Of a stretch of DNA of 64,000 bases, positions 13,001 through 25,000 are shown piece by piece. Every line of letters starts with the position of its first letter. Within the stretch, counting starts at the first letter, position 1. The DNA is taken from the NCBI GenBank assembly GCA_013239625.1, contig MU054323.1:6933220-6997219 (forward strand), written 5' to 3'. Both the position numbers and the translations under genes were made by a program. The notes under the pieces are model-generated. The model did not search any database and was not told where the DNA came from. It saw only the letters and a program-made list of their open reading frames with translations. The DNA is from Lama guanicoe. Taxonomy: Eukaryota.

Positions 13001-16000
13001 TGAACTAAGGCCCCTGGGGAAAGGCAGCACCTGCTTCTTTCCAGCCAGTCCTGGAGGGGGCTTTAACCTAGAAGATGGTAAAAATGCAAAACCACCCGCT
13101 CCAAGGCGGCAGCGAAGCAACACACCCAATTCCTGGACTCCATCCTGTGGGAGAAGCCTCAGCAAGGAGCTGCAGGGTCTGATGCCCCCCAGGGCCCACC
13201 AGAGGCCGTGAGTTGATGGGAGGGAGCACCAGGCTCAGGGGCAGTGACAGCATCGGAGAGGAGCCAGGTGACTCCACCATCCTCCCAGCAGTGCAGGCAG
13301 GAGCCCTGGCCAGGAGCTCAGAGGCCAGGGTTCCAGTCCCACCTCTGCTGCCCCATATATCTCGTGACCTCAGCAGTCACTTCACTGCTGTACTTGGACT
13401 TTCTGATCCAAGAGATGGACATGGACATCCTTAACCCTATCTGTCCTAGGGGGTGGGGAGCAGGTCATGATAAGAAAACACTGAGAGAGGAGATGGGGAA
13501 CACTTGGGGGACAATTAAGCAAATGTGAGGTGGCGGAATTTTATGATGACTGCAACTTCCAGCAGAAAAAAAGTGGACTAAGGATAGAAAAGCACCCCTC
13601 GGAGAAGCCTTGCAGTTTCCCTCAGCTGTGAGGAAGGCAAGCTCTGTCCAGCTTCCCTGAGCCTGGGACCGAGGGACTTACCAACCATGCAACACCCCCA
13701 TTACACCCTGAGAGCACTCCTTGGGGGCCTGGGGTGTGCCGGGCCCACCAAGACAGACCAACGTGGAAGGCCTGCCTCCCACACGGGTCCAGGGCTGGGA
13801 CGTATGCTCTGGGAGGCCCCCCTTCACCAGAGGCACCCAACTTACGAAATGGCCTCCACCATGGCAAGCCCCATGAGGATGGAGCAGACGGCGTGGTCCT
13901 CCCGGTAGTCAGGCAGGCCGCAGATGCAGTAGTAACAGTCACCCAGGATCTTAATCCGGAGCTGGTGGTATTTCTGGAAGGGCAGGGCGTGGACCACGGT
14001 GTGAGTCCCTCCTCAGAGCCGAAGAGAAAGCAGAGGGAGGACAGGTGGGAGGATGTGGTGGGAGCCGGGGGCGGGGGGCAGGCCCAGGCCACAAGGGTGG
14101 TGCCCCCACCTGGCAAGCCAGGTGGATCAGGGTACTTACAGCCGCCAGCTTGTCAAAGCGGGCAAAGAGCTCGTTGAGCAGCTTCACGAGCTCCTGGGCG
14201 CTGCAGGCCGAAGACAGCTGGGTGAAGCCCACGATGTCGGCAAAGAGGATACTGGAAGAGGACAGAGGCCACAGGCTGAGGCCCAGGGTGGCAAGCTGGG
14301 CTCCACACCAGGCCCACCGCCAGCTCCTGCTCCAGCGCCCAGGCAACCAGGCCCTCGCTCGAGGCCCAGAGCAGTGGGACCCTGCCACTGCCAGGGCACG
14401 TTCAGGGCTCTGACTTTTGGTCATCCTGTGGGTGGTGTCTACACAGTGACGGGGCTGGACCACGTGACCTGTCTCAGCCCCAACGTTCCGCAGCAAGGCA
14501 GCTCCCACAGGGGCTGAGGCTCACACCATGGTGTGGCCGTGCTTTTAGTCCCTGGGAAGGCTCTTGAGCCCCACAGGGCTCAGCCAACCCTCCAAAAACC
14601 CCCGTCCTGTGCTCAGAGCCCACGCCCACAGCCAGCGCACCTGACGTTCTCGTGGCGGTACATGTACATGGTGTTGAACTGTTGCTGGTCCTTCTGGCTC
14701 TCATCCTTCTTCATGTCCTTCAGCATCTCATCGGCCACGTGCTTGGGCAGGATGGAAAGCATAAGGTTCTCCTGTGGGGGAGGAAGGAGTTAGTAGGGAG
14801 GGCAGAGGCAGGCGCAGACACTCTGGGAAGAAATGCCCTGATCCTGGTGACAGATGTCAACTGGGAACCAGGTGACCTTCCACGGAGGCCCTGCAGCACA
14901 GACCCACCCCAGGAAGCAGAGGTGCTAGAGTGGGGATCACAGGAGGGAGAAATCCAGGCAGAGGCGCCTTGTCAGGAAGCACCGGCCCCGTGCCCCGTGG
15001 AGGAAAGGCAGGTGATGGCGGTGCCCGGGGAAGGGTGGTGGAGAGACACCTGAGGGGGAACCTCGAGGGGAGGTCTGCAGGATGGAAACTGTAAGGGAGC
15101 AAGAGAACTGTAGCTAATGGCACAGAGGTGACTAAACTGAGGCCCATGGGACAAGGCAGCAGGAAGTGAGCTCAGCCTGGGAAAAGTGGTGGGGGCAGGA
15201 GGAGGCAGACAGCTGGGGGGACAAGACATGTGGCTGGAGGGCGCAGCCTTTGACCCCGAGGTGTAGAGGTGTAGCAGTTCCGGGTGACCAGGCCAGTGCC
15301 GCAGGGTCAGCCGCTGAAAGGGGGGAAGTGGGGCGGGGAGGGGAGGTTCACGGTCCAGGAGAGCTGTGTCCAGTCACCTGAGGCACAGGAGTTATCTGGG
15401 TCCAGGACGGGTGGCCAGAAAGCCAAGGGCTACTGCCTATGTCCTCAGCACCTGGGGCTTGACTAGGGGTCATGGGACCACAGTGAAACTGAGGCTGCAG
15501 GTCCCAGGCCTCAGCAGTGACACGGAGAACACCCACCGCGGGCCTGGACTGGGGGTGGGGCTGGAGGAGGTGGAGGAGGGTGGAGGGGGGCGGNNNNNNN
15601 NNNNNNNNNNNNNNNNNNNNNNNNNNNNNNNNNNNNNNNNNNNNNNNNNNNNNNNNNNNNNNNNNNNNNNNNNNNNNNNNNNNNNNNNNNNNNNNNNNNN
15701 NNNNNNNNNNNNNNNNNNNNNGAGGAGGGTGGAGGGGGGCGGGGGCGGGGGCGGGCCCTGCCCATTCCCGCTCTCTGCTATTGTCCCTCGGCCCTGAGAC
15801 CAGAGAACCCAGCTCTCCCTGCCTTTTAGACACACCCGCTCTGGGGCAGGAGCCCTGAGGTGTGAGGTTGACTCCTCTCCTCTGGATGGGGGGCAGCCAC
15901 CAGGCCCCCCAAGAGTCTGGTGTTGTATCCAGGCCTCTGCCCGCTGTAGGCCAGAGGGCTGGGGCCTCACCTCCCCTAGGGAACAGCTCAGCTGTAGGGC

Positions 16001-19000
16001 AGCCCCTCCCTTCTCTGCCCAGGAAGGTCTGCCGGCCAGGAGCCCCTGGCTTGCTTGCCATTTGCATAGGGAGGTCCCTGTGTCCTCTGTTTTCATGGAG
16101 AAAGTCAATTCCTGCAGTGAACACCACTCTGAGAGGTAAGTCCCCCTCTGCCCAGTGTGCCCAGCACTGGCCCTTGCCTGAAGCACGTACCATGGTTACT
16201 CCCATTACCCTCCCATTCGCGCAGCAATGTCTCTCCCACTGTGAAGAACCTCTCAAATGGCAGCAGTACAGCTCAGGAATGAGAAGGCAAAATAACCCCA
16301 GTGCACCCTGCCTGGCTCCACCTGAGCCCAGGAAGTAGCAGCTGGGTCTCCTGGGGCCCAGGAGCCAGGGCAGAGCAGGCGCTGAAGACCCCGGGGCCCG
16401 GCACTTGGTACCCCCAGCCCAGCCACGTGCAGGGAGGGGAGGCCCTATGCCAGGGGACTTCTCCCCAGACCTAAGCCAGCCACTATGGAGAGAGCTCTCA
16501 GCCTGGGAAGAAGATGAGTCTCTGGGAGGGTTTTCAAGAAAAGTCAGAGACACGCAGCCCTGCCAGCTCTGGAGCTGCTGGGGTCCTGATGGGGAGAAGG
16601 TGTGAGGTGGGGTGGGGTGGGAGCAGTGAGGGCCAGGACTCCAGGTGCGGCCCTGCCCGTGCCAGGCTGGTGGGGACAGGGGGTCCAACTACCTGGCTCA
16701 GACCCCAGCCCTGCCACTTACTCCCGTGTGGGAGTAAGGCCATTACGACACCTTCCCCTGCCTTGGTGTCCTCGCCTGTAAAACAGGAAGGCTGAGGGAC
16801 TCGTTTCCATAATACACTTGGAACAGTGTCTGTACACAGCAAGTGCTCAATAGACTTCAGCTGTTCTTGCATCACTTGAAGTGCTGCTGAGGGCACTGAG
16901 CCAGGAGTGTCTCAGAAAGACAAGGTCTAAACTTCCCCCAGGCTTTGAAACTGGCCACAGGTTCGCAGATAAAGAGTTCCAGTGGGAGGTGAGGGTCGCA
17001 GAAAAGCTTCTGGGCCCTCAGCCAGGTCCTATGAGTTCTGTCCGGCTCCAGTGGGGTGATGGGGGGACACAGAGAGGGATCCTGCCTTCCACGCAAGTCT
17101 CAGCCTCTGTCCACCCACCACATGTGCATGCAGGGTGCACACAAATGTAAGGAAGAGGCCCACGTGTGAAGAGCATGATGGGGACCCCAGCAGGCTGGGG
17201 TCTCCAGCACGTGAGCAGAGAGGGGCCGCGCCTGGCAGCCACAGCCCTTGGTCAGGCCTTCCCCACCCCCTTGGGCCCTCCCTCAGAACCCTGTCCTCCC
17301 AGAAAAGCCTCTCTGGCTCCCCGGGAACCTTGGGAAGGTCAGAATACAGTCTAGTCCTGTGAGGTGCCCTGTGCCCCAATTTCCTTAGAAACAAGCCAGG
17401 CCTCCCCAGGGATGGCCCACACTGCCCGCTACTAGCTAGGCCGGGGCTCCAAGACGGGCAGCCAGGGCAGGAGAGAGGCGGCGGCAGCAGCAAAAAGCAG
17501 GCCCCCCAGACGCTCACAGAGCAAGAAGACCGCCCACTTATCTCTGGGGTACAACGTGGGGAATTTCACTTTTTGCATCATATGCTTCTGTAACTTTTCC
17601 AAGAGAATAGATGAGTTCTGAAAGCAGATAATCATTAAATGTCAATGTTTAAAATTACAAGAAAGCAGCTGTGGTTGTCAGTTAAGGCGGCCCATTTACC
17701 CATGTGGTTTACAGAAACCTTACATCAACCTCAAAAGGTTAAGCGTCACTCTCTCTGGAACGGCCACCTCACCCACCTGCCACCTCTCTAGAGAGCCCCC
17801 TCGCCGTGCCCAGGCGTGCTCGTCCCCCTCCTCACTTGCACCCAGTTTACCGGTGTCACTAACGGTGCTGACTTTGTTTGCCCTTATATTTCAGAGCTTC
17901 TAAAGTCATTTCCGAATCCCAGCCCCTTTTAAGAGTGTGTGATGTTAGCAATGGATCTTCTAGAAAAATCCTCATATACACAAAGAGGATCCTTGACATC
18001 CATTCTCAGAGTCCAAGTTAAAGACCCCAACACCTCATATGTGTCCTTGGAGAAGGAGAGAGGCTGGGATCCAAGTACACTTGCCTGGTGGGTCCCAAGG
18101 AGGGGACAGGGGTGGATGGGACAGCGGCCACCCAGAGCGGCCTCAGGCCCAGAGCTGCTGGATGTGGCGAGGTCTCCTAAAATAGCAGTTCCTATGTTTC
18201 GGGAGTCATAAAAAATTCCAAGCCTCTGACCTATTAATGGCTCTTCTGGGAATTTATCCAACAGAAATAATCTAAAAGAAGTGAAAAGATTTATGTGCAA
18301 GAAGAACTTCATTGCAACACCACTTACACTTGTGGAAAAACTCTTAAGCAGCCCAAATGCCCAGCAAATGGCTAGATTGTAATACATCCTCTGGATGGAA
18401 GATGATGCAACCTTAAAAATGACCTCGATGAAAACTGTTACAAGAAAATGATGAGAGAGAAGAGCAAGCCACAAAACTGTGCTCTGTGTATGTGATGCTG
18501 GACATAAGTGCACCTAAATAAAGGCAGAAGGACACATTCACAGGAGAGAAGCGTAATCTCATGTGGGAGACGGAACTGAGAGAAGACTTTACATGTTTTT
18601 CAAAATTACGGTAAGATTGCTATGCCCCTGCTGCTTCGTGTTTAAGTATGTTTTAAACTGGAAATAAACACAAAACGTCCTGTTACCTCCAGCTGTGACT
18701 CTGACTCCCAGCTCGTCTGTAACTACCACGGTTTTCTTAGAAACAGATGATCCCTGCGAGGCAGCTGGGCCGGCTCCGGACTCCCACGTCTGCTTGGACA
18801 TAACCCGAGAAAGGAGACCAAGGGCCAGGTACGTGGCAAGGAGGTCACAGCCCCGCAGCAGATAGGAGAGGAGACAGTGACAGACCAGCACCCTGGGCTG
18901 GCTTCCTTCTGCAGATCTCAGAAGCACCACAACTCACCAGGCAAATGGATGCTCGTGACCAGTATCAAAATCATCCCTCTTCTTCGCTACACGTTTCTCA

Positions 19001-22000
19001 TCTCCCCTACACGTTCACCCATGTGTAATACTGCCTCCATTTCGCAGGTGACCGAATCGAGGCGTGGAGGGTGAAGTGGTTTGTCCCGCTTCCTCAGATG
19101 TAACTTGGAATCACTCAGCACTGCTACCCAATGGATGAGACACCTGCAGTGAGCCCCAGCTCTGGGAGGTCCCCTGGTTCAGCTGAGCCCATCCCATGAG
19201 ACCTAAGGCCTCACGACCCTGATTCCAGCCTGCAGAGCTGTGGTCTCGGCACCACTTGGGGCTCACCCAGCCAGGCCCAAGGATCCTCAGGCAACTGGTA
19301 ACCACATGGAAGTTTGGAAGCACCATTTGAGGAGAAGGAGTTAAAGGAAAGGAAACCAAGGGAAAGGCACAGCCGTGGTGGTGCAGCGGGGAGTGGCTGA
19401 CTGGTGCACCCAGAGCAAGATCACTGCTGGAGACTCCTGCCTCCAATGCCATGCCCAAGCAGGAGGCAAAACCCCCAACTGGGACTTGGGGATTAGAAAG
19501 AAGCAGAACACTTGAAACCCAAGGACAGGGCAGCAGTGAGATTCATGTCAAGGTGGAAATGGCAACACACCTCCAGAAGCTTGGACTCATATGGTCAAAG
19601 ATGCAGAGGTCCAGCGCTCACCCAGTTCCCTCTAAGAAAGCCAAAACCCACTGACGATCACAGTCCCAAGGGACTGGGTGTGGAGGAGGAAGATGTGGTC
19701 AAAGTCTGTCATGAACAAATGGAGGAGGAAGGGGGAGGGCATTCAATAATACGGATAATCTTTCATTTACTTTTTCTTCTCCCTTAACCATTTTTTATTC
19801 TTTAAAGTAGTTGTTCTGTAATGTCATTTTCAAAACGGAATTGAAATCAGCACGCCCCATCTCTTTAAAACGGCTGCTATTTTGAATTCCAATGCTCAGC
19901 ACTCATTATTATGTGAATTCCTGTAATCATCTCCAGACCCCTTCCTATCATGTTTCTTTTACAAAAATGGTATCTGTGCAGGGGCCGCTTTTCTCAACAC
20001 TGTGCCTTTTCAGGCTTGAGGTGCCCTGTGCTTGCTTCACACGTGGATGGTGACTTTCAGTGACACAGTGGAAGTTTGCCAGAAAACTGGACTGTTGAAA
20101 ATGACACTTCATTAGCTTGAAGCTACTTTTAAAACCTGATGGTCTGGACTGAAAGGAGGAATGGAAGTTGGGCGTTGAAGAGACAGATGTGGAGATCATA
20201 ATGACCATCTCCAAAGCAGGCTTCGCTGAAGAGAAAGCATTTTAAGGTCCTGAGAGAGGAGGTGGTGGAGCTGCTGAGTCCTCCCCACCCAGGGAAACAG
20301 ATCGCCCAGGCCTTGGTCAGAGACTGATCACGCGGTAAGGGAACTGGAGCCCGGGCACCCGAGGGTGGGCTGAGGCGCTGGGTTCCGGCCCAGGGAAGAG
20401 AGTGCTCTGTGGTGTCACAGGGACTCTACCAGACTGAGGAGAGCTGTTGTGTGGGGAAGGGGTGTGTGGCTCTGGAGGCCCCCGGAGGGAAGACGGCTGG
20501 GACCAGACTGTTGCTTCCAGCAGAGGAAGGGTTTTCTATAAGTCAGAACAGTTCGAATAAAGAATGTGCTGCCCTGAGAGGCAGTGACCTCCCATCCCCA
20601 GAGAGGAGGCTGCAGGAGGGGAACCACGGATGGAGGGCTGGCCCAGAGGCGGGGTTTGGAGACACGGGCGCTGAGACGAGGCTCCACACAGTGGAGGAAA
20701 GCGGGTCAACTGCCTCACGCAGCCTCTGCCAGGCCCTGCAAGGCTCTCTGACGGGTATCCTAGAAACACATGGCAATGGAAGTCAAGGCCCTGACTCTCT
20801 GGGAAAAGAACCAAATAAGGTCCAGAAAGAGAGAAAGTCTCCAGTAGGTCTTGTGGGTAGAAAACTGCCTGGATCCTGGGGAGAAGGACCCAGGCCTGCT
20901 CTGGGATGGGGTGAGCAGACTCGGGTGGGGTCGGGGGATCCTGGTCCTGGGAGAAGAGACCACCGTGGCCCCGGCCAGGAGGCCCAGCCTCCTGGGCTTG
21001 GGTGTCCTCACCTCGGCCAGGCTCTGGAAGGAACGGATCAAGCCCCCTTCTCCTTGTCGGTGACTCAGAACTGAGACAGAGAAGGAGGCCAGCACTGCTC
21101 CCAGGAGCTCCGAGTCGTTGTAGCTGATACTCTGAGGAGGCATTCAGGAGTTAATTACAGCAGGGTGGCCAGCAGGGATTTGGATAAATGAGCTTGGCTG
21201 GTGAAAAGCTAAGTTTCTGCAACACCCTTGTGAAAGGGGCAGAGGGAGACAGATTTAAATGGAGAAAGAGATGGGCAGTGCCCAGGTGGCCGGTGCGTCC
21301 GTGCGTGTGCAGTGTCTGTGTGAAGTAAGTGGGTGAAATCTGTTTAAAGTATGTGTGTGTCCTTGTGTATCCCGTGTGTGCCCTACATATGTGCTGTGTG
21401 TACACACACACACATACATGTCGCTACCCACAGCTGACTGCAGACATGTCTGTTTATCTAGATTCTTGAGTTTTCAGGCCAGTTAGAAGCCAAAAGATCA
21501 CTAGACCCCACCAGGTGCCCACCCTAGCCTGACCCCCTCAGCAGAGGCAGCAGCAGGAAGACAGAAATGCAAAGGAGGACCTGGCCTGTTAGCCAGGGAG
21601 GTCAGGGCCCGAAAAGCTCACCTCTCCCTGATGAGAGGACAGAGGACCATAACACATGAAATCTGGATGCTCCAGCGCAGCCGTCTGTGTATGAGCAGAT
21701 GACTGCCAGTGAGACTAGGGGGCCACATGTGCAGCCCCCTCCAAAAGACATGGGCACGACCTCGGTCACTCAGTCACTCAAAGAACTGTCAAGGTAAAGA
21801 GTCTTCCAAGAGCTCCGACAGGCAGGGCTGTCAAGTCACATGCTGACTGGCTGCTCCCCCAGGGCAGGACCACTTTGCTGTCTTCAGCCAAAGGCTGGGA
21901 GAGTTCAGAGGAGGGAGAGGTTGCATAACTCAAAAACCAGCCTATCTTTAAACTAGACCTTCCCATGCCAAACAGGCTCCAAGCCAGCATCCCCAGAGTT

Positions 22001-25000
22001 GCCCAGGTAAATGGGCTCCAAGATGGAAGCAGGGTCACACTCAATCTCAGGGTTCTCAGCCCAGCACTCGTACCCAGCTAGCGTCAGGGAGGGGACGCTG
22101 AGCACACAGGACTGCAGGTCACCTGCCTGGGCTCCTATACAGTCCCCGGAGATAGGGGCTACCACAGGCCAAGGTGACCACTATCTCCGGGGACAGCCCT
22201 TTGGGCCCAAAGACAGCCACCCTTGTATAGTATCTGGAGCCCTCACCAAGAGAGCACGGCACAAAGCAGGTGCTCCTTGGAGGTCTGGTGAGTTAATGAG
22301 CTGTCAACTAGGAGATGTGGCCCGAGGGGCGAGCCATTGTCCCCTAGAACAGCACTAACAGCACCTTCGGCCGTCAGGGAGATGTTCTGTGATTGGGGCC
22401 AGACACGGGCAGCTACTGAGCAGGTGGAATGTGGCTAGTGCAAAGGAGGAATTGGTTTTTAATTTTAAAATTCTAATTAATTTTAATTTAAATAGCCACA
22501 TATGTCTGGTGGCTACCATATCGGACAGTGCAGCTCTCGAATACAACAGCAGCGATCAAGTCCAGCTCTGGTGCCAGCTCTGCCAGACAGAGAGCAGCTG
22601 CCTGGAGCACTGTTTTGAGAAAGATGCTGAGGTAATATCTGTGATCTGTGGAGAGGAGTGCTACAATGTCTACACACACCACCTGCTTCCTTCCTGGACC
22701 CAGAAGCAGAAGCTCACCTCCAGGCTGAAATCCTTAGAGCCGTCCTTGACTTCCCCCTCTCCCATCTCCAGTTCTTCCCAGCAGTAAATCCTGTTGGTTC
22801 TGCCTTCAAAACATATGCAGGATCCTCCCTCCTCCTCATCCCCCCCATACTGGTCTGGGCCACCCTCCTCTCTCACCGAAGTAATGCAGGTCTCCCTGTT
22901 TCCACAGCTGTCCCTTCTCTATCAGCAGTCAGACCAATCCATTTAAAACCCACAACCCTCCAATGTCTCCCATTTCCCTTAGGGGAAAAGCTAAGGTCCT
23001 AACGAGGCCCTTTAGGGTCTGGCCATCACCTCTCTGCCTCACGTCCTACCTCTCATCCCCCCACTTCTGCTCCACCTGCACTGGCCACCTTGACGTCCTG
23101 TGAACATTACTCAGGGCCTTTGCACTTACTGCTCATCTCTCTAAACACAGCATGGCTCACACCTTCACTACCTTCAGGTCTCTGCTCAAATCTCATCTCA
23201 TCTGAAAGCCTCCTCTGGCCACGTGATACGAACAGCAACCCCCCTCACCTCTGGCACACGCTATGCTCTTTCCCCTGCTTTATCTCCATTGCCCATCCCT
23301 CCTAAGACAGCATATACTCATTTGTTAAATGTCTGTCTCCCCCAGTAGAATCTGTTCTGCTCACAATTGTACCCCCAGTGCCTAGAAGTATGCCTGAAAC
23401 ATCTGTAGGATAAATGCCCTGTTTCAGACATTCTGAAAACTTCATATTCTGTTCCCATTTCACAAAGAGGCTGGGGCTCAAAGTGCATAAGTAACTGACT
23501 CAAGGTCATGTGACAAGTAAGTGGCCTGGCTCGGACGTGAATGCAGGACTTACTCTGAACCCTGTGTTGTCAGACCCTCCCATTTCCAAGGCAGTCAGAA
23601 ATACAAGTTTTTATATAAAATTTTATATACCAACTTTTTAAGTATTAGAAAATTTTGAAGCTCTGGGCAGGTCAAACAGAAACTGATAGGCCAGGTGCAG
23701 TCCAGGGATGACTCACCTGCTTCTCCTAGTGGGTAGATCTCTGACGAGAGGCCCTCACCGGGCGGAGATGGGCCAGGGTGGGCCAACTCCCCTTCTGGGT
23801 TTGTTGTGACGATTAAAACTTAGCCCAGGGCTTGGCACAAAGTCGTTGTTAAAAAAAACAAACAAACTATTCCTATTATTCAACAAAACTTCATTCTCAC
23901 AGCCAGATGAGGGTGGGGACGCACCACAACCCTGACCACACTGGACCTGGACAATAGACTCTACAGCTGTTTGGAGAGAAAAGTACTGCTGGAGGATGTG
24001 GCCGGGGCCCTTGACCCTCCAGACCCAGCTCGGAAGCCACACAGCCCACACCCGGGGCCGCCCGTCAGCAGCACTGCCAGCATCGCCAGCACCGCCAGCG
24101 CCTGGTCCACCTGACACAGCAAACACCCCCCCCCACCGGCAGGGCCCCCCCATAGCTTTAGAACAACCTGTCCTCTGTGGGCTCATCACTTGCATCATCT
24201 AACATGGATTTGTTTTGCTGAATCCTGGGATGTCAGAATGAAGAACATTCTGTGAAATCCAAGAGGTGGGAGTTGGAAATGGCAGAAGCACTAATTCCTA
24301 CTTCACGCCACAGGAAATTCACTTTCTGGCTTTTCTCAAACCAAGAGGCCTTCGAGGCTAAGATAAACACTGAAAGATACCCGTGAGTGGTTCTGTGGAG
24401 AAGGTAAGATAGCAAGTCCCTCTGCAAGCTGGTGTCGGGGGTTTCCTGTGTGGCTCCTGTCAAGGAGACGATGGGTTTGTCCCACCTACATCAGGTGCTC
24501 ATAACACGACGTCGTGGGAGGTGGCAGAGGCAGGGGCATGCTCCTCCTCTCCCCCCACCCCCACTGGTTCCCCCGGAGGCAGGGCCCCAGCCCCAACCTC
24601 GCTGTCGCCAGGACAACAGAGGGCATCTGAGGGCTGACACTGGAAACCCAACCCCCAGGCTAGGGTTCCTCTGTCTCTGTCTCCCTGTCACCGTGACTCC
24701 CCTCCCCCCACCAACAGAGGCACAGCTCACTCCAGGCCTTCTCCTCACAGCTAGAGGTCTAGAAGGGAGCAGTGAAGCAGGCTCGGGCGGAGGGCAAGGG
24801 CAGAGACATTCAGAAAGACAAGAGACTGAAGCTGAGCTTACGGAATGGCAGCGTTCCGAGTGCCAAGCTCTGGGGCTCCTGGGAGAGAAGTCTGACTCTC
24901 ATGCTAAGAGGTCTTCCCTTGGAGACCTGCTCAAGGGCAGAAGGTCATCCACCTACGGAAAGACTCCTGCACGAAGAAGAAACGCCATCCCTGGTCATAG

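Noticed and set aside
15348..16688. 446-aa minus-strand ORF, plus other ORFs crossing the N run
   Set aside because: It is open only because it spans 128 N and GC-rich intron. The composition is low-complexity P/G/A/R with no recognisable domain.
21085..21250. Possible further CR1 fragment ([11 protein letters not shown]...W*KA...KG)
   Set aside because: The similarity is too weak to support by eye and needs an HMM search.
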